Positions 18,116-25,870 of a stretch of 64,000 bases of DNA are shown here, one piece after another (the stretch's first letter is position 1; every line of letters begins with the position of its first letter). Source of the stretch: a virus (Duplodnaviria > Caudoviricetes). A program made the translations under genes and the position numbers. The stretch covers positions 3,297 through 67,296 of the IMG/VR virus record IMGVR_UViG_3300003541_000003. One strand, 5' to 3'. Below the pieces are notes generated by a model. It was given only the letters and a program-made list of their open reading frames with translations. It searched no databases and was not told the origin of the DNA.

Positions 18116-18374
18116 GATAGTTGCCTACCATTCCACGCAGAACAGAAGAAAACATCTTGCCGTGAGCCTGTTCCATCTTTAACTGATGCTCTAGGCTGGC
18201 AATCCTATCCTCTAGGTGAGCCTTGCGCTGTTCCAGATTGACTCGATTGCTGAATTTGTACCCCATCGTGAGTAACTTCTCACAAACAGTAAGCTCACAC
18301 GCCAGAGTTGAAATCATCTCTTTCGTGTTCTTGCCTGTGTTATCGTGAGCATCCAACCAAATTGAACCATCCAT
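18105..18374 (-). CDS. Hypothetical coiled-coil protein
   Basis: AAGGAG RBS precedes the ATG at 18374. Confidence 0.6.
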   Translation of the reverse strand: MDGSIWLDAHDNTGKNTKEMISTLACELTVCEKLLTMGYKFSNRVNLEQRKAHLEDRIASLEHQLKMEQAHGKMFSSVLRGMVGNYRGY

Positions 18375-18562
18375 CTTATTTTTCTCCTTTCGTAAAATGC
18401 CATTCAAGGCGTGATATGTGGGGTGCAGGGGTGGTAAATGTACGGAGTTTCCTCTTTCCGTAGGGGCATTCATTAACTCTACTGGAAGTCTTAGGAATTC
18501 TCCATTACGCAATAAATTTATCCCTTACAAATTACCCTGCACCCCAAGGGATAGTGCGTATT

Positions 18563-18641
18563 TGGGAAAAGTAGGACTCGAACCTACACCGCTATTTCAA
18601 ACGGGGGATTATTCCTGCGCTACCATTACGCCATTTTCCCA
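18563..18641 (-). ncRNA. tRNA-like RNA with truncated anticodon arm and long variable arm
   Basis: GGGAAAA/TTTTCCC; D arm GCG-TAATGGTAG-CGC; GGA-ATAA-TCC mini hairpin; CCGTT/AGCGG arm; T arm GTAGG-TTCGAGT-CCTAC. Confidence 0.7.
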
Positions 18642-18662
18642 TTTCGACATTTTCATGTCTAG

Positions 18663-18736
18663 TGCGCCTAGCTGGACTCGAACCAGCAACCTAAGGATTA
18701 GAAGTCCTTTGCTCTATCCTGTTGAGCTACAAGCGC
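18663..18736 (-). tRNA. tRNA-Arg (anticodon UCU)
   Basis: Full cloverleaf: GCGCTTG/TAGGCGC, GCTC/GAGC, AAGGA-CTTCTAA-TCCTT, GCTGG-TTCGAGT-CCAGC. CCA is not encoded. Confidence 0.95.
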
Positions 18737-18759
18737 AACCTATTCAGTTGTAAAGTGCT

Positions 18760-18890
18760 GGGTGGGCTACTCGGTTAGATTCACCGAAGGCTTTTACATA
18801 GCCCACCCGAATCCTGCGCTGGCTGTACAAGGAGGTGTAGGAAACCAGCCAGCCCGTAGAAAGGTGTAAGAGGGTCAAGTCCTCTTACAA
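18760..18890 (-). ncRNA. Three-hairpin structured RNA at the 5' end of the tRNA transcript
   Basis: Stems at 18865-18889, 18818-18853 (CCTCCT loop) and 18760-18808. Confidence 0.55.
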
Positions 18891-18895
18891 ACCTA

Positions 18896-18923
18896 ATTAT
18901 ACACTATACTAGCTACTTGTCAA
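18896..18923 (-). promoter_or_regulatory. Sigma70-type promoter TTGACA-N16-TATAAT driving the RNA cluster
   Basis: Both consensus hexamers are exact. Confidence 0.8.
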
Positions 18924-19071
18924 GGGGCAACTTTGTGCCTTTGCCCCGACACTTTGGGCAAGTCCTACGTTCTGCGGTTTCCTCATTATGAGGATAGACC
19001 GTTACCCAGCCCTTACCATGACATTCGTTACAACGATTCTTCCAATTATTTTTTGTGCGTTGTTTACACAT
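18913..19071 (-). CDS. Small DnaJ-type zinc-finger protein (52 aa)
   Basis: Hand translated: CNECHGKG...CPKCRGKG. Overlaps the upstream stop. Confidence 0.7.
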   Translation of the reverse strand: MCKQRTKNNWKNRCNECHGKGWVTVYPHNEETAERRTCPKCRGKGTKLPLDK

Positions 19072-19381
19072 GATTTCTCACCTTAAAATGTGCATTGATT
19101 AGAGAGGCTATCATAATTGCCGTTTCTAGGCAATGATGAAACTTATCCGTAAACTCCACATCTCCACCTTGAAGTGTTGCATAATTTGACCATGAGATAG
19201 TTGCTCGTTCTTCTGGTTTCCCAATATGTTTTCCTACGGTTATAGAAATTCCTGCCTCAATTTCATGAGTAATGAATACATAGTCATCTCCATCCGTTAC
19301 TTTTACTCCCACGATGCTAGGTTCAAATTTAAATACGCTCGGTATTTCCTGCATCGAAGTCCACTTATATGTTATTTGCAT
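19064..19381 (-). CDS. Hypothetical protein
   Basis: 105-aa ORF with TAATG coupling. Confidence 0.65.
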   Translation of the reverse strand: MQITYKWTSMQEIPSVFKFEPSIVGVKVTDGDDYVFITHEIEAGISITVGKHIGKPEERATISWSNYATLQGGDVEFTDKFHHCLETAIMIASLINAHFKVRNHV

Positions 19382-19656
19382 TACAGGTCTCCTTTTATTT
19401 CCATGATAATGTCTTTTAGTTTATTTTCCAGTTGCTCCGTATCATGCCCACACATCCTATCATAGAACCAGCATAAATCTTTTATCATTCTAATTAGAAT
19501 TATCTTCCATCCCGTATCATCAGGAAAAACTGCTACATCATCCCACATAACCGTATGCCCAGCTTGATGTTTAGCCATCCCTATAATCGCTATCAGTTTG
19601 GCTCGATTGTGTATAGCTAATTGGTTAAGCATCTCGTGAAATTGATATTTAGGCAT
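19381..19656 (-). CDS. Hypothetical protein
   Basis: Start 19656 overlaps the upstream stop. Confidence 0.6.
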   Translation of the reverse strand: MPKYQFHEMLNQLAIHNRAKLIAIIGMAKHQAGHTVMWDDVAVFPDDTGWKIILIRMIKDLCWFYDRMCGHDTEQLENKLKDIIMEIKGDL

Positions 19657-19876
19657 GGTAGATTTCCTCTCCATCCCTGCAAACTGTGTTCATAGGTAAC
19701 TTGTAGATTACGAGGTCATCTTTAAACTCACCCCAATTGTAGGGCATTCCGCAATCCTCGCAATGTTTCTTCCATGCCTTGCTGAACAGGATACGCAAGG
19801 CAGAAGGATTCTTTGCCACTCCAACGAAGGAGAAACTGCGTGTTTCCAAAACTCCGAGACAAGTTGTATCAGCCAT
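19649..19876 (-). CDS. Hypothetical protein with CxxC
   Basis: HCEDCG; coupled to the methyltransferase. Confidence 0.6.
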   Translation of the reverse strand: MADTTCLGVLETRSFSFVGVAKNPSALRILFSKAWKKHCEDCGMPYNWGEFKDDLVIYKLPMNTVCRDGEEIYHA

Positions 19877-20774
19877 TAGCTTTCACTATCCTTTCTCCAA
19901 TCCATTTTGCGACATTTACGGTAACTGCGTTACCGAGTTGCTTGTAGCGTTGCGTGTCCGAGACTCCAGCAGTCCATCCATCGGGAAAGCCCTGCAATCT
20001 CTCACACTCCACAGGGGTTAGTCTACGAACCCCACCAGCCACCACCACAGGCATCCTGCGCTTTTCTGGCATCATCTGACCTTTGGTGAGCATGGCTACA
20101 TCCAGAGTATCTGATATTTGACCACCATCCCAATATCGAATCATTGAATTATTTTCATAAGTGATAGCTCCAGTATCGGGGGTAGGGGCTTGTCCTTTGT
20201 CTTTGCTCTCCGCAGGATTCCCTCCGCACATTTCTTGCTCAAATAATACTTCGCAGGAACGTGCGTTTCCAAGACTTCCGACAATAAAGATTCTTTTACG
20301 TCTCTGGGGGACACCGAAGAATTGAGAGTCAAGCAATCTCCATGATACGCAATACCCGAATTCTTGAAGTGGTTGGATGACCAGTTTGAAATCATGCCCA
20401 TTGTGAATAGAGAGTAGTCTTGGCACGTTCTCAATGACAACCCAGCTTGGTCGAATCTCTCCAATGATTCTGGAAAACTCATGCCAGAGTCCTGAACGAC
20501 TACCAAAAAGTCCTTGCCCGTGTCCAGCCTGAGATATATCTTGACAAGGGAATCCTCCGCAGAGAACGTCAATTTCTCCTGCGGTGAGTTTTGATACGTT
20601 TCTAACGTCATTGTATATTCCTTTCTCAGAGTTTATATTGAAATTATTGAACAGGATTTGCTGGCAATGGGGGTCATTATCACATTGCCATGCAACTTCC
20701 ATGCCAGCTTGCTCAAATCCTAAATCAAATCCACCAATGCCTGTGAACAGAGAACCTACTTTTAGTTTGGTCAT
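19869..20774 (-). CDS. C5-cytosine DNA methyltransferase
   Basis: LFTGIGGFDLG, GGFPCQD, IENV, QRRKRIF, RRLTPVECERLQGFPD, LGNAV. Confidence 0.95.
   Translation of the reverse strand: MTKLKVGSLFTGIGGFDLGFEQAGMEVAWQCDNDPHCQQILFNNFNINSEKGIYNDVRNVSKLTAGEIDVLCGGFPCQDISQAGHGQGLFGSRSGLWHEFSRIIGEIRPSWVVIENVPRLLSIHNGHDFKLVIQPLQEFGYCVSWRLLDSQFFGVPQRRKRIFIVGSLGNARSCEVLFEQEMCGGNPAESKDKGQAPTPDTGAITYENNSMIRYWDGGQISDTLDVAMLTKGQMMPEKRRMPVVVAGGVRRLTPVECERLQGFPDGWTAGVSDTQRYKQLGNAVTVNVAKWIGERIVKANG
20141..20611 (-). CDS. Nested alternative-frame gene inside the C5-MTase (M.EcoHK31I beta-subunit-like)
   Basis: 156 codons open in the +1 frame, with its own GAAAGGA RBS 7 nt upstream. C-terminal SLLSEVLE..VPAKYYLSKKCAEGILRRA..PLP. 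Confidence 0.75.
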   Translation of the reverse strand: MTLETYQNSPQEKLTFSAEDSLVKIYLRLDTGKDFLVVVQDSGMSFPESLERFDQAGLSLRTCQDYSLFTMGMISNWSSNHFKNSGIAYHGDCLTLNSSVSPRDVKESLLSEVLETHVPAKYYLSKKCAEGILRRAKTKDKPLPPILELSLMKIIQ

Positions 20775-20998
20775 TTGCTCTCCAAGATGATATGTAGTTT
20801 GACCTTCTCGATAAACTTTTCCTTATCGAACAGAACATTATCTTCTGCAAAGATTCTGCAAGCATCATCCACCAATTCCCATACCACCTGTTTGAACAGG
20901 GTATTGGCTAACTTCTTGCCAAACATCTTTGCAAATTTTTCATACTCCCTGCGGTGCATGCCTACTAATGCTTTTATTTCTCGGTCTTTGTTAATCAT
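20771..20998 (-). CDS. Hypothetical protein
   Basis: AGGAG RBS precedes the ATG at 20998; ends in the DNVLFDKEKF motif. Confidence 0.65.
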   Translation of the reverse strand: MINKDREIKALVGMHRREYEKFAKMFGKKLANTLFKQVVWELVDDACRIFAEDNVLFDKEKFIEKVKLHIILESK

Positions 20999-21206
20999 TT
21001 GATTTCTCCTCGTTGATATATAGCCAATACTCCACCGCATCATACAGGATTCTGTCTAAGAGAGCAGTTTGTAGTGGTGGAAAATCTCCACTTTTGATTT
21101 CTGGAAAACTCTTTGCTACTGATGTCCAAAAAGCATCTTGCGCTTTATCCGTAGCAGTCTTGATTCTTTCATCCGTTAGTTTTTTGTTAGTCAAGTTTAT
21201 TTTCAT
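20991..21206 (-). CDS. Hypothetical protein
   Basis: AAGGA RBS precedes the ATG at 21206. Confidence 0.6.
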   Translation of the reverse strand: MKINLTNKKLTDERIKTATDKAQDAFWTSVAKSFPEIKSGDFPPLQTALLDRILYDAVEYWLYINEEKSND

Positions 21207-21216
21207 TTCTTTTCCT

Positions 21217-21402
21217 TTATTGTAAGTTACAATCTTCTGGAAGGTTACAATTTTCACAGATTGTTTTGGAAACTTTCCTGACTTCATAAACCGTCATCCA
21301 CCTTCCAGATTTATCACGTTGCGAGTAATGCTGGGCATACACATCAATATATTTACCAGCATACTTTTTCAGCAGTTGCGCTTTTGTGTAGAGTTTAGTC
21401 AT
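21217..21402 (-). CDS. Hypothetical protein
   Basis: AAGGA RBS precedes the ATG at 21402. Confidence 0.55.
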   Translation of the reverse strand: MTKLYTKAQLLKKYAGKYIDVYAQHYSQRDKSGRWMTVYEVRKVSKTICENCNLPEDCNLQ

Positions 21403-21413
21403 TTGATTTTCCT

Positions 21414-22049
21414 TTATTGCCAAATGTCATCCTGACCACCCTCACGCACAATTCCGAAGGGGTAGTTGGTCAGGTCAATATCGAAGTTTCCCTTTGTGGG
21501 GGTACTTGACACGGTGTCAATATTTTTCTTGACAGAGATACAATGATTCTCAAACGCATCCCCTTCCATCACATACTCACCAGCAAAGGGAATGAACATG
21601 AGGTAGGCAGACCGATGGCAATGTTTACAAACTCCGAGCATGAGATGATTGCCATGTTTTTTCGAGGAGAAGAATTTAACTTTATGCCCATCCATTCTTA
21701 ACTTCTCCTTTGCCTCACTCCGAGCAAGACCAGCATCCGAGAGTTTTTCTTTTCTCCAAGTATATGTACCACCATACACCCCTTGATATGTTCCATATCC
21801 AGAGTGATTATAGTAGTTGCTGTAAGGATTGTAGGTGTTAGGTTTCATGGTAGTTACTGCGCTTGCTGGTGTGGCATATAAAACCTTTGGAGCATACTTC
21901 TCGTTTGAAGTAGCAGGTATGGTATCGAACAGGATACCCCCTGCGGATGCTAACGGATTTTTGCCATCCATTAAAAGTTTCAAGTTTTCTGTTTTTCCTT
22001 CTGCAATGAAGGGTGTGTTAGTTATCTCCATCATCAGGTGCATTACCAC
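21414..22049 (-). CDS. Hypothetical protein with Tyr/Gly-rich middle
   Basis: 211-aa ORF; contains one palindrome copy. Confidence 0.65.
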   Translation of the reverse strand: MVMHLMMEITNTPFIAEGKTENLKLLMDGKNPLASAGGILFDTIPATSNEKYAPKVLYATPASAVTTMKPNTYNPYSNYYNHSGYGTYQGVYGGTYTWRKEKLSDAGLARSEAKEKLRMDGHKVKFFSSKKHGNHLMLGVCKHCHRSAYLMFIPFAGEYVMEGDAFENHCISVKKNIDTVSSTPTKGNFDIDLTNYPFGIVREGGQDDIWQ

Positions 22050-22269
22050 CTGAATAGATTACACGGATTGCCCATCTATGGGCATCTCCATCCCAATAGG
22101 TTGTGAGTGAGGCAATGAAGGCATTGGGTTGGGTATCCAGCCAATCTGCACAGATTCGCATAGCGGTGGTGAGTTGGTTGGCTCGAAAGAGAGTGGACAG
22201 GAATCCACTATCTGTATTGACATCAAAGTTTACTTCTGGGGGGAGTTGGTTGGGGGTTGGAGTTTTCAT
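22018..22269 (-). CDS. Hypothetical protein, probably leaderless
   Basis: ATG lies 7 nt downstream of the -10 hexamer; no RBS. Confidence 0.6.
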   Translation of the reverse strand: MKTPTPNQLPPEVNFDVNTDSGFLSTLFRANQLTTAMRICADWLDTQPNAFIASLTTYWDGDAHRWAIRVIYSGGNAPDDGDN

Positions 22270-22275
22270 AGCTAT

Positions 22276-22304
22276 ATTCTATATCATGTACACCATCTTG
22301 TCAA
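22276..22304 (-). promoter_or_regulatory. Sigma70-type promoter TTGACA-N17-TAGAAT
   Basis: Hexamers read directly, immediately upstream of the minus-strand gene array. Confidence 0.75.
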
Positions 22305-22345
22305 GGGTCAATTTATGAGACTCTAATTATATGAGACTCTATAAG

Positions 22346-22431
22346 ATAGTTGCGACTTAATTGCAAGGCAAAAAGTTGCGACCAATAGTTGCGACTTAAT
22401 TGCGAGGCATAGTTGCGACAATAGTTGCGAC
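22346..22431. repeat. Five AGTTGCGAC direct repeats (iteron-like)
   Basis: Copies at 22348, 22374, 22387, 22411 and 22423, within two longer ATAGTTGCGACTTAATTGCRAGGCA units. Confidence 0.9.
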
Positions 22432-22432
22432 T

Positions 22433-22471
22433 GGGTTGGGGGTAGGGCATGAGGGGGCAGGGCTGGGCTGG
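22433..22471 (+). other. G-tract cluster (potential G-quadruplex)
   Basis: GGGTTGGGGGTAGGGCATGAGGGGGCAGGGCTGGG: six runs of three or more G. Confidence 0.55.
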
Positions 22472-22494
22472 CACAAATCTTGCAACCAGGTGCA

Positions 22495-22531
22495 GTTTCA
22501 CCTGGCGGAATAGGGTTTTACCTGATAAAAC
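22495..22531. repeat. Left 37-bp double-palindrome boundary site
   Basis: GTTTCACCTGGCGGAAT-AGG-GTTTTACCTGATAAAAC. About 26-27/37 identical to 26646-26682 in either orientation. Confidence 0.8.
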
Positions 22532-22725
22532 TTGCTCCTCCTCTTGCTCTGCTATACGCAATGTTAAATAATTATAGGCTCTCATGCTCTGAGAGCCTTT
22601 AAAAGTATATCTATCCGCAATAGGGGAGCTAAAACGGCAAGGGGAGCTAAAATCTAGGGTAAAGCGTATAGCTTAACATAACGCAAGTATACTCTATATG
22701 CTCTGATTAGGCAAGGGGAGCAATT

Positions 22726-22889
22726 TAGCCGTAAAATGATAGCTACTTCATATAATATATACTATACAGGCTCTAGGCTTTAGCAGGAGGAGAGCCGGAG
22801 CAAGGGGAGCATGCTCCTGCTAATGGCTCTAGCCTCCCTAGCCGTAAAATGATAGCTACTTCATATAATATAGTATATACAGGCTCTAG
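22726..22889. repeat. Two 51-bp direct repeats (48/51 identical, 113-bp period) plus four GGGGAGC motifs nearby
   Basis: TAGCCGTAAAATGATAGCTACTTCATATAATATA-nnn-TATACAGGCTCTAG at 22726 and 22839. Confidence 0.9.
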
Positions 22890-22957
22890 CTCCGGCTATA
22901 TAGGAGGATTATGGTATTATTAGGAATTAGACCGTTTTTGTCATATTCCATCCTGGT

Positions 22958-22992
22958 AAAAAAAGCTCCCTAGCTTATTAGGCTAGGGAGCT
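22958..22992 (-). terminator. Rho-independent terminator ending the island operon
   Basis: AGCTCCCTAGC/GCTAGGGAGCT 11-bp stem followed by T7 on the minus strand, just downstream of the peptidase stop. Confidence 0.85.
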
Positions 22993-23018
22993 ATCATTTA
23001 GCTAGAGCCTCCTAATCT

Positions 23019-23993
23019 CTAGCCGTTTATCATGCCTCTATTGCTAGGCTCTCCGCTAGCATGCCAAAAGCTAGCACAATTATCACATAGCCATGCCTCT
23101 AAATCATCATAATAAAGAGTATCGTTAGCAGGCTCTCCGCAATAATTGCATACCTCCATTTTAAGGTATCGCTCTTGCTCCGCTAGCTCCTCCTCTAGCT
23201 TGCTCCTCTTGCTCCGCTTGCTAGAGCTTGCTCCTATAAATCTATCGCTATCTAAAAGCTCCTCCTCTAGCCATGCTCCGCTATCTCTCCATGCTCCGCT
23301 ATCTCTCCATGAGGTAGAGCGTTTAGAGTAGCTTGCTCCTCCCTCATAGATAAATTTAGTATCCTTATAGCGGAGATAAAAGCGGTTTAAGAGCGTTAGA
23401 GCTTTTAGATAATTATTAACACTAACCCTGCATAATTTAGTGTGCTCTTGCTCATAGCCTATGCCCCAATTAACGCAAGTTACTCCTAGCTCTGTTAATT
23501 CTCTTATATCGCTATAAGAGCCTATAGCCGGAACTAAGCCTATAGATTTAAGAGCCTCTAAAATCTCTTTACTCTCATAATCGTATAATACAGGCTTTAA
23601 CTCCCTCCTATCGTATTCTAGGATTAAGTTGTAGTTATGGCTAGGCTTAAAATGAAAAGCGGAGCTATAGCCTTGCTCCTCATTATCTGTTAACAATATA
23701 TCGCTATCTATCCCTAGCAATGGTAGAGCCTCTAGGCATGTATAAACTCCTAGCCTGTCATCTAGGTTAGGGGAGAATATAAACTCCTCCCCTAGAGCCT
23801 TATATTTTATAAAATCCTTGCTCTTAGGGAATACAGTATCTAAATGAGCAATAGAAAGCCATTTAGAGCCTCTATCTATATAGATATAACGCTCCCCTTT
23901 AACCTCTATAACCTCTTTAGAATATTCTAAAAAGTAACTTTCTAGGGAACGGATACAATGCTTTTTTAAATCTCTTATAGATAGGTTAATCAT
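23019..23993 (-). CDS. M28/M42-like binuclear zinc peptidase with C-terminal Cys4 finger
   Basis: AHLDTV, LDDRLG, DNEE, YDRR, YEQEHT; then CNYCGE..LCDNC. 18-bp tandem duplication (WRDSGA x2) at 23271-23306. Confidence 0.75.
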   Translation of the reverse strand: MINLSIRDLKKHCIRSLESYFLEYSKEVIEVKGERYIYIDRGSKWLSIAHLDTVFPKSKDFIKYKALGEEFIFSPNLDDRLGVYTCLEALPLLGIDSDILLTDNEEQGYSSAFHFKPSHNYNLILEYDRRELKPVLYDYESKEILEALKSIGLVPAIGSYSDIRELTELGVTCVNWGIGYEQEHTKLCRVSVNNYLKALTLLNRFYLRYKDTKFIYEGGASYSKRSTSWRDSGAWRDSGAWLEEELLDSDRFIGASSSKRSKRSKLEEELAEQERYLKMEVCNYCGEPANDTLYYDDLEAWLCDNCASFWHASGEPSNRGMING

Positions 23994-25429
23994 TTTATAA
24001 ACTCACTAAAGCTAATAGCTCTAGCCTCCTCCCTCCTATTAGCTCTAGCCATTGCACTAAAGCAAGTAGAGCAATATATAACCTCCTCTTGCTCTACCTC
24101 TAGGCTTATAGAGCTATCTATCTCTACAATAGAGCCACAAGCGGAGCAAGTTACAAGCTCTAGGCTAGAGCATGCCTCACAAACCCAAAAGCCGTTTATA
24201 TCGCTAAAATTCTCCTCTAAATGATATTCTCCGCAATAGTTACAATATTCTGCTAAATCATCCCTACAATCGGAGCATAACGTTTGATTATCTACCTCCT
24301 CTAAATCTCCTCTATCGTTATCATAATATTCTCCGCAATTATCGCAAGCGGTAAAATTATCCTCTAGGCAAGAGGAGCATATAAAGCTATCTCTACTCTC
24401 TATATATTCTCCGCTATCGTTCTCATAATATTCTCCGCAATAGTTACAGTAGCTATACTCCCCTATACAATCGGAGCATATATCTCCATAACCTCTAACA
24501 TGGTATAAATCATCCGAGCTAAAGTATTCTCCACAATCTCTACAAGGCTCTACATCTTCATCCGCTAAAATCGCATAATCGCAATCTAGGCTTTTATTGC
24601 TAGGAATATTCTCCTGTTTAGCTATGAGGTATCCGCTAGAGCTATTTATATAGAGCATATAATCACTATCGCTATTGTTAAAGCCTACTCTAGCATAACT
24701 AAAGCCTAAGAATGTAGCTAAAGCTCTAGCCGTAACTATAGCCTCTAAACCGTAACTATTAAAGAGGAGCAAGCTATCTCTATAAGGCAAGAGCCATGCT
24801 CTAGCTATTCCACTATTAATGTTAGAGCTATCAGAATAAAACCTAATCGCTATGCCTCCATTAAGCCTTATGCTCTCTTTAGCGTTAGCTCTACCTCCCC
24901 AAAAGCAAGAGCCTCTATCTCCATAATCTCCACTATCCCAATTAATTTTATCGGTAAAATCGAAATTATAGAGCTTGCTCCCCTGCTCCCCTCTAACCTT
25001 GCCTATATAGCCTCCTAGCTCTGATAGCATGCTAGCGGATAGCTTAAGGCTAAAATTCTTATAGAGATAGCTATTAAATCTCTTTAGCCATGTACCACAA
25101 TATTCTCCCTTAGAGATAATCCAACTATCTCCGTTAATAGCCTCCATTGCCTCCATGAAACGGCTCTGATATCTCATTAACCTTAATACCTCATAAGGGA
25201 GATTATCCGTAATTAAGCCGTGTTTATTAGCAAGCTCTAGCAATTGCTCCCTAATGGAATAGAGCGTATTCTCACTAAAGTTAGAGGCAAGCTCTAGGCT
25301 ATAGAGCTTGTCAATGTCATAATCGTTATTAATCTCTATCTCCGGCTTAATCTCTCTGATAATTTCTAAAGCCGTTTTATTGCTCTCATTGCATGAGATT
25401 ATGCTTTCATCCTTAATAAATGTAGCCAT
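23990..25429 (-). CDS. 479-aa protein with five tandem Cys4 zinc fingers
   Basis: Ten CxxC motifs in the C-terminal half (CRDCGEY, CNYCGEY, CDNCGEY and others). Confidence 0.8.
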   Translation of the reverse strand: MATFIKDESIISCNESNKTALEIIREIKPEIEINNDYDIDKLYSLELASNFSENTLYSIREQLLELANKHGLITDNLPYEVLRLMRYQSRFMEAMEAINGDSWIISKGEYCGTWLKRFNSYLYKNFSLKLSASMLSELGGYIGKVRGEQGSKLYNFDFTDKINWDSGDYGDRGSCFWGGRANAKESIRLNGGIAIRFYSDSSNINSGIARAWLLPYRDSLLLFNSYGLEAIVTARALATFLGFSYARVGFNNSDSDYMLYINSSSGYLIAKQENIPSNKSLDCDYAILADEDVEPCRDCGEYFSSDDLYHVRGYGDICSDCIGEYSYCNYCGEYYENDSGEYIESRDSFICSSCLEDNFTACDNCGEYYDNDRGDLEEVDNQTLCSDCRDDLAEYCNYCGEYHLEENFSDINGFWVCEACSSLELVTCSACGSIVEIDSSISLEVEQEEVIYCSTCFSAMARANRREEARAISFSEFIK

Positions 25430-25432
25430 GCC

Positions 25433-25852
25433 TTAATTCTCCTTAATCGTTATGTTAATATCGTTAGCCGTTAGCTCTATCGTTAGAGGGAGATAGAGCT
25501 TAGTAAAATTAAACTTGCTAATAGAGCCATAACGCAATAGCTCCCCTAATAAATGCCCACTATAGCCGTTAGCTAAATAATGCTCTATCGCTTGTTTATA
25601 GTTAGCTATCCTAGCTAGAATAGCCGTTAGGATTTTATCGCTCATATATGAGTAGCTTGCCTCCTTGCTAAAGATAAGAGCCTCATATAAAGCCGTGTAT
25701 TTATCCTCATAAATAGCTAGATAACCTTTAAGCTCCTCTAGGTTATCTACCTCATAACGGCTAAGGTAAAATTTATTAATCGTGTTATGGAGGTTAACTA
25801 AATCTCCGTTAATCTCTTTAATATCTAAAATCGTTAGTCTATTCTTAGGCAT
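25433..25852 (-). CDS. Hypothetical early protein
   Basis: 139 aa with GAGGAG RBS. Confidence 0.7.
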   Translation of the reverse strand: MPKNRLTILDIKEINGDLVNLHNTINKFYLSRYEVDNLEELKGYLAIYEDKYTALYEALIFSKEASYSYMSDKILTAILARIANYKQAIEHYLANGYSGHLLGELLRYGSISKFNFTKLYLPLTIELTANDINITIKEN

Positions 25853-25870
25853 GATATTAGCTCCTCTATT

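Noticed and set aside
22346-22431. CRISPR mini-array
   Set aside because: Repeats are 9 bp with 3-17 bp irregular spacers, and no cas genes are present.
22313-22585. 90-aa ORF across the repeat and G-tract region
   Set aside because: Translation merely mirrors the DNA repeats and there is no RBS.
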